NCBI GenBank assembly: GCA_028534125.1
Contig: CM052816.1
Span: 30,196,001-30,260,000 of the forward strand
Length of the DNA: 64,000 nt
Source: Lama glama
Taxonomy: Eukaryota
Direction: 5' to 3'
Positions 12,631-23,946 of the stretch are shown piece after piece; positions within the stretch are counted from its first letter, which is position 1; every line of letters starts with the position of its first letter. The position numbers were made by a program, and so were the translations under genes. The notes under the pieces were generated by a model, which was not told the origin of the DNA, made no database searches, and saw only the letters and a program-made list of their open reading frames with translations.

Positions 12631-13559
12631 TGAGCATCTGTGAGTTTCCACTCAGTGAGGTCTGCTGCATCCAAGGGCAGGGCAAAGCCATAGGAGGCGA
12701 ACAAAAATAGGGCAGTGAGGCCTTGTCCTCATTTCCTTGTGAAACAACAGAAATTAAGTTAAAATATAGTTATTTTTTCAGCCACACACACACTTATTTG
12801 AGTCAGATTTAGAAAAATGCCTCCTGGAAATGTATGCATATTTTTGGTAAACCAGACTACTACTTTATACTGCTGATGCCTGGGAACGAATTATAACTGT
12901 ATATGGGTTAACTGTGTTACATACTCTTTTTCTGATAATTGAATTGTAGTCAGTTACAATGTGTTTTTTACTGCATGCAGTTAGGTTTCAGGAGAAATGA
13001 TTTGACCTTTGTTGAATCTAAATCCACAAATCATTTGAGCTGATTAACACCTTGACACTTTTCTTTCTGCAAATTTTGTATGTACTTGTTCTGATCGAGA
13101 GCTGAATATCCTGATACTCAGCTTTGAGATCAGAAAGTGAAGACAGGTAAAATGATAAAAACCACTCAATCTACGTGGCTTCTCTGCTTTCTGCCCTTAA
13201 GGAATTAAGTTCTGGTATAAAGTAGTATTTCCAGAAAATTACGCTTCCATCACGGACATAGTTTTGCCATTTCTAAATAGTATTATTAGCCTTGTCTTGA
13301 ACAATGACATACAGGAAATCATAGGTCTGATGTGATGGTTACCTACTTCTAGTACACATTAAAATAAGTGCATAACAACACCACCCAAAATCATTGTTGA
13401 TCATTTACCAAGTGGAAGTATCTTGGGTCCCACTAGGGTTACATAAACCATACTTAAAAAATTGGCATCAACAAATCAGATTATTTCTTCAGAGAGTCCA
13501 GTCATGCACCTAAACCATCCCTTGGGTGGACAGTCAGTTTCTGTGCCTTCTGAAAAGTC

Positions 13560-13915
13560 AGTAGCAGCAAACCATGACAGAAACATAAACAAAAATCAAG
13601 CCCGACTCTGGTTGAATCATCTGTACTCCCTGTGAACTGCCAACGCGAGAGACAGCTCCCCAAGCTGTGTTTATAGCACGTGAATTATTGCGGGACACTC
13701 TCAGCTGGACGGACCTCGGCTTCCGGTTCTGCGCTAGGTCACTGGCAAGGACGCAAGTCTGTTGATCAGAAGCTCGTGACTAGAGAAGACACGTGAAGAG
13801 CCGCGTTACTTTTATGTACTCTCACCCCTAGCTTGTCAAAGTCAAAAACACTGAGTTACACAGATGTCTTTTGCCTGCTAGTAATTCAGAAATTAGAACA
13901 ACGGAGAAAGTAAGA
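13560..13915 (+). promoter_or_regulatory. CpG-enriched non-repeat islet; candidate alternative promoter/enhancer with a downstream splice donor
   Basis: 14 CpGs in about 205 nt (13601-13806) against a CpG-poor background. ETS-type CTTCCGGT at 13720-13727, CACGTG E-boxes at 13677-13682 and 13790-13795, forkhead-like TAAACA/TGTTTAT, and donor-like AAA|GTAAGA at 13909/13910. Confidence 0.5.
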
Positions 13916-14699
13916 ATTAAGTGAATAATTAAAAGCAAAATTTACATTGCACACAGTATGGATGAAGTAGAGAGTCTTGGTCTGTGGAAAGATAAGCCAC
14001 AGAATGATTGTGCTGAAATCTTCATCAGAAGCTCTCTTTTGACTCTCTCCTCCGGAGCAGACTTGCAGTTTGTCATCCCAAAATGGAGAAATTCACTTGT
14101 TAAGTCTAATTTAACCTTCAGAAACATGCTTTAAAACCAACTGCTCAGAAGATGAATAGTGTTATAAATGGAAGGGTGAGATAAAGGTTAGGAGGCGAAG
14201 TTACCATGATAAATTCTACTGGGACTTTCTAAAAATTTACTATTTTCTTCCTCTTTTAGTTAGAGTTGTATTTCATAGGGCTGTCTCTCTTTTCTTCTTT
14301 TTTTTTGTATTTAGATTATATTTTAAACTAGTGCATAAAGGAATTTTTTAACATTTTTTATTGATTTATAATCATTTTACAATGTGTCAAATTCCAGTGT
14401 TCAGCACAATTTTTCAGTCATACATGGACATATACACACTCATTGTCACATTTTTTTCTCTGTGAGCTACCATAACATTTTGTGTATATTTCCCTGTGCT
14501 ATACAGTATAATCTTGTTTATCTATCCTACAATTTTGAAATCCTAGTCTATCCCTTCCCACCCTCCGCCCCCCTGGCAACCACAAGTCTGTATTCTCTGT
14601 CTTTGAGTCTATTTCTGTCCTGTATTTATGCTTTGTTTTTGTTTGTTTGTTTTTGTTTGTTTAGATTCCATCTCATATGGTATTTTTCTTTCTCTTTCT

Positions 14700-16353
14700 G
14701 GCTTACTTCACTTAGAATGGCATTCTCCAGGAGCATCCATGTAGCTGCAAATGGCATTATGCTGTCTGTTTTTATGGCTGAGTAGTATTCCATTGTATAA
14801 ATATACCACTTCTTCTTTATCCAGTCACCTGTTGATGGACATTTAGGCTGTTTCCATGTTTTGGCTATTGTAAATAGTGCTGCTATGAACACTGGGGTGC
14901 AGGTGTCATCCTGAAGTAGGGTTCCTTCTGGATACAAGCCCAGGAGTGGGATTCCTGGGTCATATGGTAAGTCTATTCCTAGTCTTTTGAGGAATCTCCA
15001 CACTGTTTTCCATAGTGGCTGCACCAAACTGCATTCCCACCAGCAGTGTAGGAAGGTTCCCCTTTCTCCACAGCCTCTCCAACATTTGTCATTTGTGGGT
15101 TTTTGAATGATGGCGATTCTGACTGGTGTGAGGTGATACCTCATTGTAGTTTTGATTTGCATTTCTCTGATAATTAGAGATATTGAGCATTTTTTCATGT
15201 GTCTTTTGATCATTTGTATGTCTTCCTTGGAGAGTTGCTTGTTTAGGTCTTCTGCCCATTTTTGGATTGGGTTGTTTATTTTTTTCTTATTGAGTTGTAT
15301 GAGCTGCTTATATATTCTGGAGATCAAGCCTTTGTCATTTTCATTTGCAAAAATTTTCTCCCATTCTGTAGGATGTCTTCTTGTTTTACTTATGGCTTCC
15401 TTTGCTGTGCAGAAGCTTGTAAGTTTCATTAGGTCCCATTTGTTTATTCTTGCTTTTATTTCTACTAGGAGAAAATTTTTGAAATGTATGTCAGATAATG
15501 TTTTGCCTATGTTTTCCTATGGGAGGTTTATTGTATCTTGTCTTATGTTTAAGTCTTTAATCCATTTTGAGTTGATTTTTGTATATGGTGTAAAGGAGTG
15601 TTCTAGCTTCATTGTTTTACATGCTGCTGTCCAGTTTTCCCAACACCATTTGCTGAAGAGACTGTCTTTATTCCATTGGTCTATATGTCTGTTTTGTACC
15701 AATACCATGCTGTCTTGATTACTGTATTGTCTGTAATCTAGGAGAGTTACTCCTCCAGCCTTTTCTTTTTCTTCAGTAATGCTTTGGCAATTCTAGGTCT
15801 TTGATGGTTCCATATAAATTTTATTATGATTTGTTCTAGTTCTGTGAAATATGTCCTGGGTAATTGGATAGGGATTGCATTAAATCTATAGATTGCCTTG
15901 GGCAGTGTGACCATCTTAACAATATTGATTCTTCCAATCCAGGAGCATAGGATATCTTCCCATTTTTTTAAGTCTTCTTTAATTTCTTTCATCAATGGTT
16001 TATAGTTTTCTGTGTATAATTCTTTGACCTCGTTGGTTAGATTTAATCCCAGATATTTTATTACTTTGGGTGCTATTTTAAAGGGGATTGTTTCTTTACT
16101 TTCTTTTTCTGTTGATTTATCGTTAGTGTAAAGAAATGCAACTGATTTTTGAACGTTAATCTTGTAACCTGCTACCTTGCTGAATTCTTCAATCAGCTCT
16201 AGTAGTTTTTGTGTGGAGCTTTTAGGGTTTTCTATATATAGTAACATGTCGTTGGCATATAGTGACACTTCTACCTCTTCTCTTCCAATTTGGATCCCTT
16301 TTATTTCTCTCTCTTGCCTGATTGCTGTGGCTAGGACTTCCAAGACTATGTTG
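14700..16353 (-). pseudogene. Disrupted L1 ORF2, C-terminal half
   Basis: ORF-track segments 15747-16353 (real part only), 15517-15708 and 14626-15429 are ORF2 pieces broken by deletions and frameshifts. The catalytic motif reads YAND. Confidence 0.95.
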
Positions 16354-16853
16354 NNNNNNNNNNNNNNNNNNNNNNNNNNNNNNNNNNNNNNNNNNNNNNN
16401 NNNNNNNNNNNNNNNNNNNNNNNNNNNNNNNNNNNNNNNNNNNNNNNNNNNNNNNNNNNNNNNNNNNNNNNNNNNNNNNNNNNNNNNNNNNNNNNNNNNN
16501 NNNNNNNNNNNNNNNNNNNNNNNNNNNNNNNNNNNNNNNNNNNNNNNNNNNNNNNNNNNNNNNNNNNNNNNNNNNNNNNNNNNNNNNNNNNNNNNNNNNN
16601 NNNNNNNNNNNNNNNNNNNNNNNNNNNNNNNNNNNNNNNNNNNNNNNNNNNNNNNNNNNNNNNNNNNNNNNNNNNNNNNNNNNNNNNNNNNNNNNNNNNN
16701 NNNNNNNNNNNNNNNNNNNNNNNNNNNNNNNNNNNNNNNNNNNNNNNNNNNNNNNNNNNNNNNNNNNNNNNNNNNNNNNNNNNNNNNNNNNNNNNNNNNN
16801 NNNNNNNNNNNNNNNNNNNNNNNNNNNNNNNNNNNNNNNNNNNNNNNNNNNNN
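16354..16853. other. Assembly gap (500 N) inside L1
   Basis: Run of exactly 500 N. Confidence 1.
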
Positions 16854-19800
16854 TCTTTTGAAGAGGGCGATGTTCTGTCGGAGTTCCGCAGGTGCTCTGG
16901 TTGGCTGAGTGGGTCTGTGGATGTGAGTCTTGGTGCATTTGTGGGAGAGGGTGAGCTGCGAGCGTCCTTCTACTCCACCATCTTCTCTCTTCCCCAAAGG
17001 ATTTTTAAAGGTATACCATTAATGTAGAAAGAATGTCAAATGATCACCAGGTATCAGTGAAAAAAAAAAAAGACATGAAAACTTTAGCCTCAATTCGTGT
17101 CTTCTCTGTTCATTTTAACTTAGACATTTGTTGGATGTCTAGCATGTACTGCAGTTGTTTCTGTCATTTTCAAGATAAGAAATTAATAACATGATCCCTA
17201 ATATCAAGGAGAGATTCTGATCTAGTGTGGTTGTGGTGATAGATACAGGATACACCCACAAAGAGCTGTAAGACAAGGGGAAACGTGGTGGGAGCTCCAA
17301 GGATGATGAAAAGGGATACCGTTCTCTGCTGTGCTTGCCAGCCCTGGCTGTGACAGTATCAGGGGCAGCTTCTTCGGGCAGTGGGTGTGTATGCTGCACC
17401 TCTTACCCTGAAATTCAAATTTGTTGTGCTCATCTCAATTCTTCTCTTTTGGGGAAGTAGAAAACTAGGGACAGCCCATACTAACATGTCATGGAATTTT
17501 CAAGTACACCAACATGAGCGTATGCCAAGCTGTGTAATAACTATTTCTCACTTTTGTTTATTTATTTATTTGAAGTAAGAGTTACCTTTGAGTGTCTGTC
17601 TCATTATATGCAGTCTCCTCTAAAAGCCTGGATGGTCATTTCCCCATTAATACCACTTTCCCCTTCTTCAGTGTTTGGAACCATAGTGGCGCATGTAGTG
17701 ATTTTTCAGTAGGAAAGTAGCAAGATGCCCAGGATACACAGGGGAAGGCCTGATGACTACGCCCAGGAGCAGGAAAGAAACTCAACCGAAGAATCCTTTT
17801 CATGGAACTCACTATTCAGTGCCCGTAACTTTTGGCATCTTTCATCGAGACTTTAAGGAATATGGCCGTGTTCCTGGAATCCTATTTTGTTCATAATTTA
17901 ATATTGTCCTGTTGAAAGTAAATGCAAAACAAAATCTTGCTTGATACACATTTGGACAAAAAAATAATGGGTAACAGAGATTATAGGATATCAGTGATGA
18001 GAATTAGGATTTACTTATTTGGGATAACACCTAGCAGCCTAGCATGTAAGTCGTAATCGTGATTTCATTTGGTGTCACAAATAGCCTGTGCTTAAGACAA
18101 GAGGGACTCAGAAAGGCTGAGAAACTTTCCCAGGGAAAGAGAACTAGTAAGGAAGAAGCCAGGGCGAGGACCCACATCCTGCCTTTTGTTCCATATTCGT
18201 TTTTCATAAACCCACACACACACACAAACAAAACTGTCTGTGATGCAAGCTGCACTACTTTAACCACACAGTTTAAGTCCTGCCAAGATTGTCCTTTTTG
18301 TGAACAACAAAGACCAACATACATCACATAAAAACACTTCTGCCAGTCAGAATTTCTGAGGTTCTTCTTAGCTGTTATTTACATAGGGTTTTGAATGATT
18401 CATTTGATTAATTAGAAAGGAGCTGAGTCAGCTCCCTTCTTCTGAATCTGCTCGATTGCCTTTTGCCCCAGTCTAGGATCTATTTTTATTGACTCTGCTT
18501 CTGAACTATTTACTATTATGTTGTCAAGTATTGCAGGATTAAGTGGTTTAGTTGCATATGCAACTAAAGCTTCAGTGAACGGAACAGCATTAGTTAGAAA
18601 GTTGTCGTGATAACTGTTGTGCGTAACTGAAACGTGTAAATGTCGTCATGAGCAGTCTGTACAAGCTGTTACATAGTGCAGTGGCCTCTGGTCTCAGCAG
18701 TACAGAATGTGTGTTATCAGGTGTGGCTTGTCTTCACCTTGGAATGGTATGTGTGCGTGTGTTTGTGTGTGCATTATACATGAGTGTCTATGTTCTTGCA
18801 CATGATGACTGTTCATGTCTCTTTAAGCTGATTTGTTATTGATGGAAGATACTCTGTAAAGGTGCTATTGTGACAGAGAGAAACACCGAATGAAAAAAAA
18901 AAGTCATAAATGGTTTGAGGCAGAGAGAAGTTGCATGTTTTTTTATGTTACCAGCATGACAAAAGGGAACAGTGTCCATCTAATCAATGAAAGATAAACA
19001 AGGGAAGACATTAGCTAGGGAGATATAATTAATAGTAGTATCACTTCTTCCCTTAGATTCTCGTCCAGAGACAAACTATCTCAGTATCACATTAATGATG
19101 ATCAAAGGTAGGCACCACAACATTTGCCTCACTATAACTGACTAGTACCACTGTGCCAGGATATATTGTCTTTTTACTAGCTTTATTTGGGTGATACCTC
19201 CCTAACTGAAAAGTGTATTCAATTGAAAGGTGAATTTGCCCACAGGGGTAAAATTATACACTTTTTATATATAAATCACAGGTATACATAGAATACGTTA
19301 ACAGATATACAGTATAACTATAATATTAAATTTTGAGGCAACTTGGAAAACAATGCCTAACAAGTCTCCTTGGGGAGTGATGTTGAAAAATGGTTGAGAA
19401 ACACCATGCTAGACATAGTGATCGCAAAAGTCTCTTTCAGTGCTCATTCCATGATTCTGGGCTTTTACATCTTAAGTGTCATTTATATATTATCATTTTT
19501 AAAAATGGAGGCAAAGAGAACGTTTCAAAGTGAACAGTGTACATCATAGCAATACCAGCCATGTGGTCTACAGCTTGTGAAAGTGCTGGATATAGTGAGG
19601 AACACTCTGGGAGAAACTGAGTGAGTGTGGGAAATTTCATTCCCTTCACGTCTGAAAACAAGATTTGTGTGGCCGATGGGATCTGGAACTAGGCTCACCT
19701 TCTTGGGGATGGAGTGTGAAGGAGAGGACCAGAGAAGAGATCTGGTAGAATTTGTGGTAGGATTCATTTGTAAATAGGCCAGTTTCTATGTGTCATTGTT

Positions 19801-20619
19801 AAAATTTAGGAACATTTAATCCTGCATGTTTATATGGTTACTCTTCTCTCATTTCTTTGATATATTTTGTAAGTGATCTCAAAAAAGACACAAAGTAAGA
19901 AAGGGAGAAAATGACAAATTGATGATAATTTTATGTTGCTCTTGTAATCGCATGCTGCTTTGTGCATATAAAATAAATAGCCATTGATTTTCATTCCCGA
20001 GTTGTAGTATAGGTCAATTTGAAGGAGTTATAATGAATTCCAAGGACATCCTTTTGGCTTTTTTATAGGGACGGGTATACTAGTATGTCCTTAGGGCTTT
20101 TAGCCATAGCCTTAGGCATACACTTACATCTATACCATTTTATAATTCATATATGCTTTTAGAAATACGGCTGACACTGTTAATGTATTTGGAAAAGGCT
20201 AGTAAAAAATCAGTCATGCTTCCATAAAATACGAGCTTCATTACCTGATTCGGGGAACTGAATATCTCTCCACTTCTGAACACAACTCTACCACTCAAAC
20301 ACAAGTCATGGACAATTTATTAATGTCAAATTGACAGGGACATATGGAATAGAACAGTTTCTAGTCAGTCAATTTTGTGAACAAGGAAATGTACACACAG
20401 TTCTGAAAAGTATTATTGTTTTTATTTATTTATTTTGATGGAAGGAGAATGGAATTACAGAACAAAATTTATGTGATCCTTAAGATATGAATGACAGAAT
20501 CAGAGAAATTAGACATCAGAGTGAGTATTCTCCTTTCTGAGTTCTATTTTTAGAATTGTCAATAAAAATGGTAAAAAATAATTCTTAAACTAGACTGCTA
20601 GGTATTAATGGATAGATAC

Positions 20620-20790
20620 AGCATGAATGAAACTCTAGTTTTGGCATCTGAGACTCTGATTCAGAACAATGTCCATATTTCACAGTTAATTATGGCTATC
20701 TGTTCTTTTTAGAGTGACAGTAAATCTCATATACATAAAAAACTGAGTTTACGAATGTTTAGAACAGCTGTAATATAATATTAATAATTA
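20620..20790 (+). mobile_element. Degenerate MIR
   Basis: actctagttttggcatctgagactctgattcag...tctgttctttttagagtgacagtaaatctcat...gtttagaacag follows the MIR layout. Confidence 0.4.
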
Positions 20791-22229
20791 GTATTTTCTA
20801 GAAACAGAATATATAAAAGCTTAATATATAAGAAAGTGTTTTTTTTTCCCAAGTCTCATTATGCGCACAGTCACATCTTTTTGTTTGCTTATTTGTGTTT
20901 CAGGCTTCTAACTTGGGGATCAATGTACAACTTCAACAATAAATTTACTGTTCATTTGCTAAGAGCTAAATATAAGGGACTGTATTCACGCACACATATG
21001 CACTACCCAACACTGAGTCAAATCTTACCCAGTTGCTGTAGTTAGTGACACTTAACGAACATGAAACATATTTTTAAGTAGATTTTTTCAGAAGCAAAAA
21101 ATACTAATCCTACACAAGAAGGAATAAGTGCTTCTAAGAATGATAAGTTCATTTTTTAAAATAGTTTTATCTGTTCTTGCCACCGTTAGGCCTTGCTGAC
21201 TTTTTGAGCTCTTAACATAAAATGCCATTCACCGATAATAGCAATATTTATGACAGGAGCAAGAAATTGAGTTTGTTCTTTTAATTAATTTGTTTTTCAA
21301 GTTCTTCATCATGCCTATTATTGCCAGCTTGTCTAATCCTCAAATTGACCAAGTTAATTTTGTGGAGTTGGGATTTGGTCCAAATCATGGATCAAATGAT
21401 ACATTGCAATACATGTTATGTCTTAATAAATGATTATATTAGCCCAACTGAAGTACCTAGAAAGTTCAAATATTCTACTTTAAAGATCAGAATTCTCTTA
21501 GGATCCTTTCACAGTCGAAAAACTCAACTTGTCATCCAGATGGATGGTATAAAATGAACATTTAGTCCTTTCAGTGGCATCCTACCTCCTGAGGTGAAGT
21601 GGCCTCTTTCAGCCCCCGTGTTACCGCTGGGGAGAACGCTGCCACCCTGTAAGGTGGCTCTGTGTGTGAGTTCATTGTGGGCAGGGGGCGGAGGGCGGTG
21701 GTGATGGTCATGGGGTGGATTGGAGCCAAGAAATGAAAGAAACAGAATGAAAGTAGATATGGCCACTTGAGCTAAGATACGTGAATTCTATCAATTATCA
21801 GATAATGGCCCTATTATTCTCCAAGTTTATGTGCTGTTTTTACGGTTCTCATTTCTTCTCTGTGATACTGAGGCAGAGCCAGAGAACTTCCTGGGATGTT
21901 GCAAAAGGAACCTGCACAGTGGTAGCATTGTTCTGGGGAGAACAGAAAAAAGAATGAGGAGGGGAGAGTTGGAAAGAAAATTGACTCATGAGAAAAGGCA
22001 TGCTATTTTTAATCTTTGAAGGCTGTTTTAAAATAAAGGATTGTTAAGACTGTAGTTACTATGATTTGCTCCATTAATTTATATCTAAAGTTACTTTACA
22101 TTAAATCTATAATTAAATTATCTGGACTAGAAAAGTGAAGGACCTTGGTTGTGAGTGTGTGTTTGGCAGCTTAATTCTCTTCGCAAATTTTCAGATAGAA
22201 AGATTTAGATTTCCTCGAGGGGCAAAAAG

Positions 22230-22430
22230 CAGTGGCCTAGGCCTGTCAGGGCAAAATGTTTCCTTATCTTGGCTTTACATTTGACTTGCTTAATCTCACT
22301 TTGCTTCTTTGTGCTCATTTGTAAAATGTGAATTGGAAAATTAATTTAGTTCTCCAGTTAAGATGGATGGAACTAAGGAAAATGCTTGTAGGACAGTTTG
22401 AAAATGTAAAGACCTATGTAAATGTCAAAT
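22230..22430 (+). mobile_element. Degenerate MIR
   Basis: ttgcttaatctcactttgcttctttgtgctcatttgtaaaatg is a MIR core-like segment. Confidence 0.5.
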
Positions 22431-23669
22431 TATAATGCTGAACCAGCTAGCCCAATTACCCGTTACAACACTTTGCACTGTTTGAGTAACCAAACAGAAT
22501 TTCACCGTTTTTCTTAAGTAGCACCCTTCAAAATCTGTGCCGCTTGCTCTTGTAGACTGTCACATTGAAATTTTATTGGCAAAAGGTGGCACATCTTGAC
22601 AACATTTTAAGCTTGTACATCTTTATGAATTATAGAGAGTAATTTCATTTAAATTACACGTTCTGAGTTGAAATTTTATTTCTATTCAAGTCTTAAGTTT
22701 GTATACTGCTGTGTTCTGTATTTTGCCTCGATTTGGTGATTGGAGTAGAACTCAAGTCATAGTTTAATTTTTGTTTTGTTCTATGTTTGTTTTAAAAATG
22801 CCAAGCCTAATTCACTTTAGGAATGAGATTTTTTTCCCAGTAATATTGTGGGGTGACTTTCTTATCATTCTAGGTAAATATATTATTTTAGGTAAAGAAG
22901 TGAATTTGTTCTTTTCTGTTTTTTTTAACCACAAACAAATTTGTTTGCTAAACTTAATGCATATGTAGAGTAGGTTCCATGCCATATGATTTGAGTCTGT
23001 GATTTATCCTGTTTAACACAAAATTCAAATATGAATGGATATGAATGGTTAAGGAAAACCATTAAACATGAGCCTTCCTAGGTCACAGAGTGGGAAAAAT
23101 GGATCAACTTTTTAAAAGGAAATTGTTGAATGAAAATTCAGCCAGAGTCCAGATAGATCTCTGTTGAGCCATACATGGTTTACAATTTGAGTGAGCTTTT
23201 TTTTTTAAACAGGAGAAAATCAAACAAAATTTATTAAGATATATACATACATGGGAGTCTCGAGAGAACTGAGTATAGTGAGCTTGTTAATAACGTGCTG
23301 TGCCTTGTAAATCTGCATCCGAGGGCCTAAGCCACCTTCAAAGTCACGTACCTATAAATCCGTCATAAGCAGTCAGGGCCTCTGGGCTTAAATGGTGAAC
23401 TCTCTAGACAGTGGTTTCTACTGCAGACTCTCTGGAGGAGAGAGACTAATTAAGATGCTGTGATTAGCTAATTTCTTCCCGTTCATGAATCAAAATTGTC
23501 ATTATCTATCACCACAGAGCCTGTGACTATGAAAGGGCACTGGGCACTTTAGGCAGAAAGTAGGAAGAAAAAAAATATTTAACTGCTTTTCAGTCTTTTG
23601 CTATGAGGTCGGTCCTAATTGGATAGCTAGAGTGAGTTAAAAAATGAATAGACTTGATGAAAGGTAATA

Positions 23670-23946
23670 GTGAATATGCATTATTATAGATTTGTCAAAA
23701 CCCATAGACTATACAACCCAAGGAGTGAAACATAATGTAAACTATAGCCTTTAGTTAATAATAATATATAAATATTGGCTCATTAATTCTAACGAATGTA
23801 CTGCACGTACGCAAGATGTTGACATAGGGGAAACTGGTGTGTGTGTTTTTTGGGAGTGGGGGACTATATAGAAACTCGATGTAATTGGTACTCATTTTTC
23901 TGTAATCCTAAAATTGCTCTAAATAAAATTGATCATTAATTGAAAA
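23670..23946 (+). mobile_element. L1MC-type 3' UTR end
   Basis: atttgtcaaaacccatagactatacaacccaaggagtgaaacataatgtaaactatagcc...tttttctgtaatcctaaaattgctctaaataaaa closely follows the recalled L1MC1/2 3' end. Confidence 0.88.

Larger units (their letters stand above)
14348..16995 (-). mobile_element. Young LINE-1 (camelid-type) with both termini present, spanning an assembly gap
   Basis: On the minus strand it starts GGGGAAGAGAGAAGATGGTGGAGTAG (L1 5' terminus with a YY1-like AAGATGG). It has ORF2 peptides (NIVLEVLA..., [18 protein letters not shown]) and a 3' UTR matching the 5537-8013 copy. An 11-bp TSD aaaggaatttt (14337-14347) / aaaggattttt (16996-17006) has one mismatch and sits at a TT/AAAA site. 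Confidence 0.96.

Noticed and set aside
15747..16997. 416-aa ORF and other ORFs spanning the N runs
   Set aside because: These are artefacts of translating through N. The N-terminal part is L1 5' UTR and the C-terminal part is an ORF2 fragment.
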